Source of the DNA: Utricularia gibba
Taxonomy: Eukaryota > Plantae > Magnoliophyta
NCBI GenBank assembly: GCA_002189035.1
Contig: NEEC01000019.1
Coordinates: forward strand, 1,984,001 to 2,048,000
Length of the DNA stretch: 64,000 nt
Reading direction: 5' to 3'
Positions 38,117-50,518 of the stretch are shown here, one piece after another. The number at the start of each line of letters is the position of its first letter. Position 1 is the stretch's first letter. The position numbers and the translations under genes were made by a program. The notes beneath the pieces were generated by a model. That model worked only from the letters and a program-made list of their open reading frames with translations, ran no database searches and was not told the DNA's origin.

Positions 38117-41100
38117 ATGAACTCGGAAACCATGAAAATGGCTTCAATCCTGCATTCCGCATGCATCCAGATCCCTTCTAATCTGAAGGTTTCTACTCTG
38201 AATTCTCGCGTCTTTACCTGCCGCAAGATTGAGCCACGCAGATTTGTTCTTCAATGTAGTCACCACGTTTTCTCTGGCGGTATGCACTAGCTTCCTTTTT
38301 TATTTTTTATTTTTTTGAATTAATGCGAAAAAGGATCACTTCTGAACTCGTTTGAGCCATTCTTATTGATTGCGGGTCACTTTTTGGTTCTATTTAGATG
38401 GGTGTTCTTGCGGAAGGAATTACTGTGATTCGGCGGCTTCGAGGCTAATATTCGGCACCGGGTTCAAAAGGAGATGCGCTATTGTTTATTCTGAGCAAAA
38501 GCAACAAGGTTCAACATCAAGTATGTAGCCTTATTTAATGTTTTTTAATGAATTGCTATCTATGAAGAACAAATCGCCAGTAGCTTATGTACATATTGCA
38601 CTGCAAAGACGGATGTGTGGTGTAAAGTTAGATGTATAATGTAATTTGATTGGTGTGAATGTCAAAAATGATTGCAGGTGAAGCATCTAGATTTGAGCCA
38701 CCAGATGATACCAACGGCAATGAGATTTCATTTTATGATAATTCTAGTGGTACAGCAGGCGAGGTGACGTTGAAGACCGGAGATTTTGCCTCATCATTGA
38801 GGACTGTAGCTTTATGTGTACGTAATTTCTAACCAAAATGGCATCCGTCCGTGCTGACACTAAATCTCTCTTACTCATGAGTTACATAAATTGAAATATG
38901 TTTAGTAAATCTGTTGTAGGTGCTTTCAGCAGTGGTATTTGGTGTTGGTTTGGGTTTCAAAGACGGTGGCAGCAAGTCATCTGAGTTTTTTGCTGGGTAC
39001 GGAGCCATCTTCTATCTGCACAACGTTTTTATTATTCAAGTTCTACAGTAGGAAGTCATACCTCATAAACGCACATTAGCTGTTAAAACTTCTCACATTT
39101 ATTGCTATCATTCTGTTATTGTATTACTAGTGGAACCCGAATTCTCAAACTCTGGACTTCAGTACCAGGACCTATTCCATGATTACTTATTCACCCTGTG
39201 GTGCATTATTTTTTTTTTCTTGATTCATCTGAAAATTCCCAGGTACCTTCTCGAGCAGAGTTTATCAGTTGACAATCTGTTTGTATTTGTCCTAATATTT
39301 AAGTACTTCAAAGTTCCAATGGCTTATCAGGTCTTCATCTTCACTTCTATTTCAACCCCTCCAATCAGTTTTCTTTCTATAATACCTTCTTACTTGCCTT
39401 GCTTTCCTCGAACCAGAACCGTGTGCTGTCTTATGGGATTGCAGGTGCCATAGTCTTTCGATTGACATTGATACTTCTTGGGGCAGCAACAATTCAGGTA
39501 ACTTACGGTTCTTGGTGTGTGTTTTTTTTTTCTTTTTCTTTTTTGTATGTAGTACGTAGGCATTTGGAAGTGCTTCAGTTCAATTTTTGTCTCATAAATC
39601 AGGAAGATTTTTCTGCCAAATCAGAACACGAATCTTCAAAATAGACGATGAGTTTGAACATTAACCTTATATTTCCCACGCCTTAAGCCTAGCTTTCCAC
39701 ATGTATAAACTTGAGATGATGACTTCCATGCTGAGCTGTATCATCAGTTTGATGCTTCATCTCATCAAATTATCCTTCGATAATATTTCAGAAATATGAA
39801 GTGGTGAACCTGTTTCTGGCAGTAATCCTGCTATATTCATCATTCAAGGTATCATTTTGTTCCTGGAAAATGACCAATATTTGCCTCGTATTGTTGGTCT
39901 TATGTTCTTGTTTTAAAATATGCAGCTATTTACTGAAGAAGACGATGATACTGATCTCTCTGAAAATTTCATCGTGAAGACCTGCCAGAAGTTCATCCCA
40001 GTAACTTGTAATGTTCTATCATTTCTGTTAGCATCCATGTCTACCAAAGAATGTTCAGCAATATAGGATGTTCCTGCATAACTTCTTGAAGTATTTACCA
40101 TGCAATGGGATTTTGATATATCTACGTATCAAATTCAACTTTATTTATTGAACGTTAAATAGAATTCAATTAAGATATTGTATGAAAGTATGATTTGATC
40201 ACGACCACATATTCTATTTACTATAAAATTCCTAGGGAATACATTAGAGGAATGTTTCCAATCAAAATACATTGTTCTGAGTCAAATGTCAATTAATCTG
40301 CTCTCTTTGTGCTACTTGTGTTTTCTTCATAGTATTAGGATTGTCCTAAATCTCTTCAGTTCTGGGCACTTTTCATTTTTTGTGACACTTTTTTCTTACA
40401 TTTTCAGCCAAGTATGATGGTGACCGGTTTTTTACTACTCAAGATGGTGTTTGGAAAGTAAGTTCTATATCGTGCACTTGAAGAACTTGACAGTACCTCA
40501 CCCCTCCAAATTTTAAGTGTTTTTTTGGTTGACAGCAATCACTCTTGACAAAAGCAAAAGACCTTTAACTCACATTCTATCTTGAGCATTTCCAGTTCAA
40601 GATCCTTTTGACTCTCTATCTCAGATTTGTCATCATAGGTTTCATTGATACAACGGAAAAATCTACCGAAGAACACGGTTTCATTCTGACTAGCGGATAA
40701 ACTTATGTATGCAGGCAACACCTCTTCTGCTGACAGTTGCGGTTATTGAACTTAGTGATATTGCGTTTGCTGTAGGTATCCTGTTCCCCAACCATATGAG
40801 AGACAGTCTTATTGCGATAGTGCTTCTTCTCTGCCCCAGCAACTGATTTTTCCCAATGAAAACAGGTTGATTCCATACCAGCTGTATTTGGAGTCACACG
40901 AGATCCCTTCATTGTCTTCACATCAAATCTGTTTGCAATATTAGGTACATTCTTCTTATTCTTTGCCCTAGTTGATCAGAGTTCACATTCACGCACATAA
41001 CTACATGGGGATCTACTTACCGTTTGGGTTGTCATGTCTACTCAAGATGAAGTATGATCTGGGCAATGGTATTATGCACTGTTTCTTTCACGTAGGTTTA

Positions 41101-41568
41101 AGGTCATACTACACGCTGATTTCACAAAGCATGGGAGACTTGGATTATTTACAGGTAAGGTTGCATCTGTTCTCATATTTCCAAAACCTAGGGAAGTCCT
41201 ATGGGCCCGAGTTTCAGTAGTTCATCTGCTAAAACCCAAAAAGCAAAATCAAGTTTTGAGATTTATTATTTTCAGTGCAGCCGGTTAGACAGTTAAATGT
41301 TGCAATAATGTGACTACAATTATGGTTTTCCAGCCTGCAATCGGAATCGTCCTGGGATTCATCGGGGTTAAGATGATTCTAGATTTTTCTGGTAAGTTGG
41401 ATCATAGATGGTGACTCAGCTTATGTAGTCTTTCTCAACTGTCTGATTTCAGCCACCATGCTGTGTGATTGTCCAGGTTTCCACATCCCAACTGAAGTGT
41501 CTCTAGGATTAGTAGCCACCACATTGCTTGGTGGCGTTGTGTTGAGTCTCCTCAAGAAATCCTCCTGA
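38117..41568 (+). CDS. TERC: Thylakoid TerC-family membrane protein; 14 exons, intact
   Basis: Transit-like N-terminus, EFFAG|[39 protein letters not shown]|[26 protein letters not shown]|GLRSYY; all junctions GT-AG and in frame. Confidence 0.92.
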
Positions 41569-41894
41569 GGAAACACCCTATTTTCGAGCACTGCCTCAAC
41601 GCGTGGAATGGAGAAGCTATGTTGACGAAATATGGGGTTTTATGTTGTTGGATCTCAACAGAAAGTACATTTTCACTCGTAATGTGTAGTACAAGAACTT
41701 TAGGGAAATCAGTATATTTGTAAAGAACCCGCTTCCGTGTGACATAAATCAAATGAACGCGCCACAGAGCATGATCCAGAAATAGAAACCTTCACTACAT
41801 ATGTCTTGAAGCGTAAGAACGAGTAAGCTTCAGGGTTATATATCACTGTGCGGTAAAAAGAACCTGAAACAAAGTAGAAGATGAGCCTCAGCAC

Positions 41895-44800
41895 TCAGAG
41901 TTCGTGATCCCTTGTTCTGTGGGAACTATCTGTTTCTGTTCTGGCAAATTGCCCTCTAACACGAGGCCGCTGCTCTCCTAAATTCCGTCTGTTCTGATAT
42001 TGCACCTGATGAAAGACAGGAGGGATTAAAAACCAATGCAGTGAAATAAGCAACCAACAGAAGCTGTTAGGGATGAGAATCTTCAAATATAGGTAATTAT
42101 GAGACAATTAAAAATTCCCATATCGAGCATATGTCCTTTTCTCTAGTCACTTTTGATGCAAACTGCCAGCTCTAAAACATGTACACAATGTGAAACTGAC
42201 AAACGTTCTCGCCATTCACAATTGTAGAAAAAAATCTCCCTGCACAGTTGTAAAATAATTGCTCGTCTCATAAGCCTCCAGCAGAGGATTCATCATATCA
42301 AATGGCATATAAACTAGTATTAATGATATAAGGTAAGAAGATGCTGGTATATATCCAGGTAACCTGAAAAGTATTGTATCCAATACCTTTTTCTTGAAGA
42401 CCTCTCCTTCCTCTTTTGACGCAGCTTGATCATGGCAGCTGCGCGCTTCAGTTTACTTTCATCATCTCTATTACCACTTACACTGCCGCTCGCATCTCCA
42501 TTTCCACTTTTCCCTGCTTGATCAACACCACTTTCAGCATTATTCCCTGCGGTATGTGTTGCAGGATTGCTTCCACTGGGTCCATTACTGACATGGTTAC
42601 TTCCTGAGTTGCTTTTGTTAAAACTATAGTGCCTATTTTCTACTTCCATTGGTCCGCTCAATGCGTTTGTGGAACCACAAAGTGAGGCATCTACAGTTAA
42701 CTTCAATGAAGATGATTCATGATGGTCAGATGATGGTTGGTCAACCATAAAATGACAGTGCGACGGACTGTAATATTTTGCATTCAGATGCCGAATCTGA
42801 GTCTCATGTTTTGATCCTGAACAAGCATCTGTTGTCTGCACGCCATCAGGAGGACTGGCTTTCTGTTGACTGTATCTGAGTTCATTTTCTAGATGTCTGA
42901 AAGCAGAAGGATTAAAGCCATTAACTGTTGAAGTTCCTTCACAATTATTTTTAGGAAGCTTAGCTGTAGTGGAGCCCATGTCTGCTGTGTTGCTGACTCC
43001 ATTTGAAAATTGTTGAAGAGTACGGTCAGAAGGCTGCAGTTCCTCATTAGACTTCCCTTTCGCAGTATGCATGCTGCTGTCAATTATGGTGCTACTTCCA
43101 GTGATCTCAATGGGAGTCTTGATAGCATTTGCGGATGTATTATACCTGACATTGACAGAGTTAACCAAAATAGGCTGGCCATTTTGGCTAAACTTGAACT
43201 GAGATACGAAAAAGTTTGGATCTTTATAAACCTTGAGAATGCTGATTGCTCTGAGCGGCGCAAGATACAGCGATCTTCTTGGGAACATATCTCTGCATCA
43301 TGAATTCCTCTCAATCTTTTTAAGCTAAGCTCCACACTAGACTCTTTACTACCATCATTTGCACAATGGCTGACGTTGATTCTGTTCGCCACTTCTGTCA
43401 TGGAATCAGCTTTCTTAGCTAAAGAGTTACTTGGTTCTGGCACAGGATCTCCAGATTTGGTATCATCAGTTCTTTGTGCAATCGAGAACAAGTCTTTGTC
43501 ATTCTTCTCCGCATTATCTAAATCAAATCACCCTTAGACCATCTATGGGGAACGGTAACAGTTTAAGGAAAACATTAGCTTAGCACTATACCAGGATGTT
43601 TATGCTGCAGGCCGTCCCTTGCTAAACTAACTTGCACCTTAATGTTGTCGGTATTCTCTGCATTAGATGGAATATCTTGAGCACATGTGCTGTCAGGGCA
43701 CTCAGCAATCTGATCTGTTGGAGATACAGCACGAGAGCTGTCCACTTCCAGAGCTTGCCTTGTCCAAGAACTCTGAAAAATGGATCAATTAAAAGTTCCT
43801 TGAATATAAGATACTGTGAGAACACCCTAGAAGTAGAAGTAGCATTAGACTGAAAATAATAACAGCAATCCCATCATTAAATAATGCAAGAGATTTAAGG
43901 ACAGAAGCCACGAAGGGAATACAACCTGAGTGCCACTCCCATTGTCGCTTCCATCAACAGTGTTTTGTCCGTTACTCCCGTCATTTTCACCATTATCACC
44001 TGATCTCTCACTACTGTTTGACTTCACAAACTTCTGAGCTTGTGTGCCACTTTCACTACCGCTTCCACTAGACTAAAATAACAAAATATAAAAATCAGCA
44101 AGACAGGCCAGCTGAAAAGCTAAAAACAATTGACAACATTGTTTATAAATTAACACGGAGAAAAACTAACACTGTGACACCTCCTCCATACATGCTGCCA
44201 AAGTATCTTAAGCTCATTCTTTCTGATGGGCTTGACCAAGAAGTCAACAGCACCTCTGGAGAGACACTTGAAGACTAAACCCATTGAATCATGCGACGAC
44301 ATCACTGCATGGAGTAGTACCCAAGATTCAAAAAAATGTGACTGCCATTTGGCACACTTAAAAATGGATAAGCTCACTTATCACAGGAGTATTCTTTCGG
44401 GTTTTGTGGCTCATAATCTTGTGTAACAAACCTATGCCTGATAAGATAGGCATTACTACTTCAGTTAAAATAATATCAACATGATTCGACAAATCTTCCA
44501 AAATTTTCCACGCTTGCATTCCATTTGCTGCATTCAGTACTGCATTGAGATTTGAACAAGAATTAGACATACGGGCTTCATAAACAGATACATCTTAAAA
44601 CACTGCCCATCATGAGCATTAATACTTCTTTTAGCCTCTTCTTGGTTTACAAGCTCACAATGCTACACCTTCATCCTACCTGAAATGAAATTTTGCAAAC
44701 ACACAAACCTTCATAATTGCAGTTTCGAAGCAATGCAGTGACAACACAGCGCGTAGAATCATCATTCTCTACCAGCAAAACCCTAATGGATCTCACATTG

Positions 44801-45036
44801 AGAAACTTTTGCCAGAAGGCTAAATTCCCATTACTCATCTGCTGCTGATGATCAACCGGCTTAGTTTCAACAATACCATCAGCATCATCAGCTTCTCCTT
44901 GCTTTTCAATTTGAATCACTGGATCAACCCTTAAATCACTGGCTAGAACAGCGCAATGTCTATCCCTTGAAGCGATGTCTTTTTTACTGTTGTCGTCATC
45001 TGGCGGCTCCTTTTCCTCAATAGCATCAATGTTCAT
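41895..45036 (-). CDS. PRR7: Pseudo-response regulator of the PRR7/PRR3/PRR37 clade; CCT domain frameshifted as sequenced
   Basis: Pseudo-receiver [11 protein letters not shown]...LTEVVMP (Glu in place of the phospho-Asp)...[25 protein letters not shown] repression motif, and a CCT domain split by an intron (KLRQKRKER | [20 protein letters not shown]) with a phase mismatch. Confidence 0.88.
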
Positions 45037-45744
45037 TTTAAATGCTCCTGGTAACCAGACCGAAACAACTCAACTGAAGCACGTTCTAACATCATCTGTC
45101 ATCCCCTCATAAACTTAAAGAAATGAAGGCAGTAGCTTACAGTAATTTCTTCCTTTCTCTTGGATTGCATATCTGCATTCTAAATCATTCGTCAGACACC
45201 AGGAAATCCGACAAGAAGCAGTACACCGAAACCATTGTGACTAAATTGACAATGACTCTTCAGTTTCCCGATACTCCCCACCATGCATATGCAAAGGAAC
45301 CAAAAAATCAACCAGAAACTTCCCACAATTTTCTAATATTTACAGACCCAAAGAAAGTCATTTTGACCAACAACAGAACCCACCGTGAATCCAAACATAT
45401 CTACTTGCTATCCATCATCAAAATCAGCCGGGTCTCCTAAACCAGAGGAAATCCAAACGCTTAATTAACCATTCAAAAAGGCCAAAAATAAAAGACCGCA
45501 AAACCTACATTAAAACGCATCAATTTCAAACTCTAGTAAACCAGAAGATACTGCATCAAGAAACCTTGCCTCCAGAAACAAAACAACTACTCCTAATACT
45601 CGTATGACGATTCAAGACAAAAAAAAAAGGATTAAACTGGAATTCGCAAAATTAGCCAAACAAACAATCGATATCTCAATTCGTAGGAAAAAAAAAAGAA
45701 AGAGTGAGAGAGAGAAAAGAAGCAAGATTTAACTGAATCAACGG

Positions 45745-46120
45745 TAGACGTCCATAGGTATTACACTCCCTGTCAAGATCTAGATAAGGCTCTTCGGATA
45801 AACCTTCTTTCGAGATGGCTGTTCTTCAACTTTTTTCCATTCCTTTTCCAGGAATTTAAGAATTTTACTAGGAATTGTTTTTTTTTCTTTTTTTTTTTCG
45901 AGTGCATCGTCGTCATCTGATGACACGTCAAATTTGAAGGCCCCGATTGATCCACGTCCATGGCATCTGGTGACGTGTGTGAATGGCATGGACGTAATCC
46001 GAAGGATAAATCTCCAGCCCGTTTCCCCGAATGACTAACAGATTCGGAGCCTGAGACCCGCTGCCACGTAGACTCAGGCACGGAAAATATCTTCACGTCT
46101 CACACCGTTATAACAGACGT
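45745..46120 (-). promoter_or_regulatory. Putative clock/ABA-type promoter of the PRR gene: evening element AAAATATCT (46084-46092), GATTCG (46041-46046) and eight ACGT cores
   Basis: The motifs are read directly, and they lie just upstream of an apparent 5'-UTR intron of the PRR gene. Confidence 0.6.
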
Positions 46121-46837
46121 TATCGTTTTGAATTTTCCAAGGCTATACTTGTCATTAACATGCTACCTTTCAATCACTAAAGACGATAGTGAGCAGGATT
46201 TTATTGGTTGGGTTAACTCAAAAAAATACTTGAATCCAACTCAGATCCAAATAAATTATAAAAGTTGGATCCAAGTCTCTAGAAGCCTTGGATGAGTGTC
46301 CAAGAACACTTGGTATAGCAATAAATGGAAAGTGTTAGACCTGTATACCTGATAAGAAGAAGCATACCCAATAAAGAGCATGCCAGATAAAAGACACCCT
46401 TAATAGGAGTGTTGTGCAGGAATGATTATTCCTTCTAAAATGGATGGGCTACTGCATCCTGTATAAAAAGAATTCAACAAAGTTTAGACTTATTATTATC
46501 TTAGTTAGAAGCATGGATTCATTCCTGTCATCTCATATTGGCATACGGACACCCAAGATAAAGCACAGCATGTCATTCAAATAGTTGCTCATGAAAAATG
46601 GGAGTCTCGTAAATGATTCAGACGCATCTCCAACTTCGGAGAGCAAAGAATATGAAATGTGTTGCCAGCATCATATGCCCGGCAAGGTCTATTTTAACAC
46701 TATAACAAAATTATTTAGGTAAGCATCATCATCAAATCAATGGCCTAGTTTGCTACGTTATTAGCTACCTTTGCTGGGAGAAAATGAAAACTTTCAAGGA
46801 CTTGGAGCATGAAATAAATATGACGTAGAAGGCGGAA

Positions 46838-48527
46838 CTATGCTGTGGCAGATTGTTTCTCGTCGTTGTCATTGTCATCAAGGTTTAGAGCTTCCAGGAG
46901 CTTTGGCCAGGACTCTGGTATGCCTCCAGGCAAATGAAATTCTAGCAATTTACATTGCAGCCGGTAATAATCCTCCACAGGCTGACTCTGTCATCAATGT
47001 GGAGAAGAAGAGAAGTCAGATGCATGAGGCTAAAGCTACTAAAAAATACAAGCTACTTGAAAAGTTCATATTCACAAGCCTAGGTAATGATTCATATCAA
47101 TGTAATACCTTTTCGGTGTATATGCTAAGTCTTGCCTTTATGATAGCTTCAGTATCATCGGAACGAGTAGTGAGCTTTGAAGCACATTGAGGAGGAGGAA
47201 GAAGTGGAGCCATGGTTATGCCAGGACTCCCATTTTCACCATCAATATCAATTGATGCCAAATTAAAGTTCTTCCCACACTCACTGCAAATCCTTCTTCC
47301 GAGGCATTTCTCGATTAAAACCCTATCTGGAAGCTTAAGATTTACCACAACATCTATATCAGTCACCTCATCCAGAATTTCCTGCAAAGGAAAAACTTTT
47401 CATCAATGATCCAATTGTGAAGGGCTGAAGGCAGAAGCTGAAAGAGTGGAATTTGAATTCCAAACAATTACAGTTTAGAAGGGTATGCGTGGGTCTAATT
47501 TCTTGCCCAGAAGAAACTCTCTTCATCAACAAGGAACTAAAACAACACAAAAAATGTACTCCAAAAACTAGAAAGCTTCCTTGGTGAAATAAGAATTCAT
47601 CATGAAAGTATTTTAAAAAGAGTTGGCATTGATCTTTGTCCAGAAATGCTTCCTTAGCGAAATAATAAGAATTCATTAAAAGTTCAATAATCCTGTAAAA
47701 ACTTCACTCACAGCTTGTTTAACAGTCCGGGGAAATCCATCAAGAATGAATCCAGATTCACCATTGGATTCTCCTATCTCTAGTCTCTTTGACAGTAACT
47801 TAAATATTATCTCATCAGGCACCAATTTACCTTGATTAACAATCTCTGCAAGCTATAGAAACAACAAATAGTCAGTAATAAGCCTGAAAGAACGGAAAAG
47901 CCATTTACTTTTTAAATAGCTCAGGACATACAAAGAAATAAATATCAGAAAAGCAGTGATGAAAACAAGGCCGATAAACAGCAGGCTAAAAAAACATCCT
48001 ACGAACAGGGGCAGAAACAACCGTTCATTTGGAGAAACCCAAAGCACCAGTCATGCTAATAAGAGAATTAAAAATTTCGGGGATTGTAACACTTCCAACT
48101 TTTCCGGTTCAAAAATTTAAGTCATGTATTCAAACTCACTGAACTAACCAAAAATTTTATCCCAGAATCAAGAGATTCACATTGAAATACTCAATTTGAG
48201 GCACAAGACTCCTAATTAATAAATCGGTGCTCTAAATCCTAACTCTCCCCACATGAAAACTGCGCCTACATGTTCCGCCATAGGTCCGGAAGACGCCAGC
48301 TCCTCGCGAACGAGATCGCCGGTAGCAATATGCGGGACGCCGATTAGAGCTGATAATCTACTTGCGTAGGTTCCCTTTCCAACTCCGGGGCTTCCGAGAA
48401 ACACCCAGTGGACGTTCCTGTTCATCGGATCCACGCCGCGGGAGCAACGCTTAGGAGCACGTAATTCGGTGCACATAGACCTCCCGATGGAAGATGCGGA
48501 TCGGAATAAACGCGCAACCGCCGCCAT
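46838..48527 (-). CDS. ADK: Organellar adenylate kinase (At2g37250 type); 4 exons
   Basis: P-loop FLGSPGVGKGTYA, ATGDLVREE, GFILDGFPR, LID CLGRRICSEC, RSDD, LPGGIPESWPKLL. Confidence 0.92.
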
Positions 48528-49382
48528 GGATGGTCGTCTATCTGGAACCAGAACCCCGACGCAGCTCGACAAACGAATCGAAAATGCCTCGAGCCTTTTG
48601 GAAGACTTTCCGTTCACGATGAATAATGGGGCGAATTTCGAATCTTCCGCAAAGATTCGAAAATGGATGCGGGTGTGTTAACATCGGGAATTGTTGTATT
48701 TTAATTCCATAAATCCATGTGGTATTTAATTTTATTATTAAATGTTGTGGGAGGGCGAAATGTATGAATCCTCTAGTTTACTAAATTGGGTGTTTGCTTG
48801 AAACATTTAGGGTGCATTTGGTTAGACAGTTTAGGTGAGTTTTAACTTGAATTTTTAATTTTTTTTAAGAAAAATAAAAAATTTCGATCCAATCAAGAAA
48901 CTTGATTCAGCTTCAAGATTTTCTTTTCTTAGTTAAAATTAATAACATGAAATAAAAATTGACTATTTGATATTTTATGATTTTTTTACTTTTCTATTCT
49001 ATTTATTTTTTATGTTAAAATTATATCTATGAATCTATTTTTATTATCATATAATTGGTTTCTTGGTCGAGCAAGTAAAAGATCCTCTTTTTCTCTTTTG
49101 CGGTGTTCTCCGATATTTTCTTGTGTTCTTTTAGTTTCTTCTCCTTATTCCTCCTCCTTTGAGCTTTGTCTCGATAGGTTTCTAGTCTACTATCTTTGTG
49201 TCAAAGTAGGATTTACAAGACTTCAGGAAGGAGCTACAGTGGGCCCACATTACAAAGGTGCTATGACGGGCCTGGGCCTTACTGCTCGGTCAACAAATCA
49301 TGTGATAAGCGAGCCCCAATTACAAATCTCAAGTTTCCAGAGTGGAGAGGCAAAGAGTAGCGCGCCATTGCTGCTCTTGGAA

Positions 49383-50161
49383 ATGGGGAGACCAAAGAGG
49401 AAGCAGCTACTGATAGCTCTTGGGGTAGTAATGCTGATCGGGTTTGTATCTCAGTTTCGTCTCTGGGCAGCGGATTACGTCAACAATTCCAACGACGTTG
49501 AAATGTTGAGGTAATCTAGGGCTCCACGCACTCCCTTTTTTTTTCTCGTGTAGTTTCAGCCTGATCATGCAGAGCAGTCTTCCGGCGGCGGATTTGTGTA
49601 TCGTTTCGGATCGAGTGATGTGTTCCCTGACTTGTGTAGGAAAGAATTTGATCTTGCTCACAGAGAAGCTATGGACGAATCAGCCGATTGGAGACGAAGA
49701 TATGACTCCGAGTTCGAGAAAGCTTCCACGTGTTTGAGGAAATTGGCGGAAGTTAGTTTTCCATTGCAAATGTCTTATTTTAAACTTCCATCATCTCATC
49801 AGCTCATTTGCACCCAAAAACAATGAAAAGTTATTTACTTCCTGGTGGCCATCATTACCAGTTTTCGGTTGTAGCTGTTGAGAAATAAAGAGTGGTTTGA
49901 ATCTCTTTTTCCGCAGTTGAATAAATCGGGTGGAGAAGCAGCATCCACAACCCATGGGGGGAAGATCCAAGTGCTAGAAAAGGTTGCGTTTCCTCTCCAA
50001 ATCTTTTCCTGATTCTAGCACAAAAATGTGAATGTTTTCTAAATTATTGACTTGGGGCCATGTTGGGTTACCAGGAAAATATGCAATTGCTTGAAAAGAT
50101 CGAGATTTTACAACAACAGCTCGAAGGAGAAAGAAGAAAATGCAGCACTCGCAATACTTGA
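49383..50161 (+). CDS. Small uncharacterised protein with N-terminal signal anchor and coiled coil; 4 exons (49383-49510, 49640-49751, 49917-49982, 50075-50161)
   Basis: MGRPKRKQLLIALGVVMLIGFVSQFRLWAADY...R|KEFDLAHREAMDESADWRRRYD...|...|ENMQLLEKIEILQQQLEGERRKC; junctions in phase. Confidence 0.75.
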
Positions 50162-50518
50162 TGCGGTTCCAGGTGAAGGGAATCTGTTATGTGCTAATGC
50201 ATGAGATCAGTTAGTTGCATCCATACCATTACTGAGTTTATGTTAGAATCATAGAAGCCAATTACGGGACCCGGCCGCACCACGAATTAAATGAGACAAG
50301 AAATATCTAACTGAATGAGACAAGAAATATGAAATCAATATTTTGTCAAAAGTTGGTTTTTAAGTGCATTCTATTCCAATTTCAAACAGCTCGCGCGTGA
50401 TCTGACGCGTTGTTAAGGCAGAGGCCCTACAGAAAAGAGATTACCATTTCCGTACATTTAATCTCATGATGAATCACGCAACGCACCAGGAGTCGGAAAG
50501 TGCCCGAAGAGACCAACT

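Noticed and set aside
45773-46096. 107-aa ORF upstream of the PRR gene as a possible uORF
   Set aside because: It runs through the cis-element cluster and a poly-T/A tract (poly-Lys artefact) and is probably upstream of the TSS.
48808-48830. TTA-GGGTGCATTTGGTT, resembling a PIF/Tourist MITE terminal repeat
   Set aside because: No matching opposite TIR or TSD was found, so it is at most a one-ended relic.
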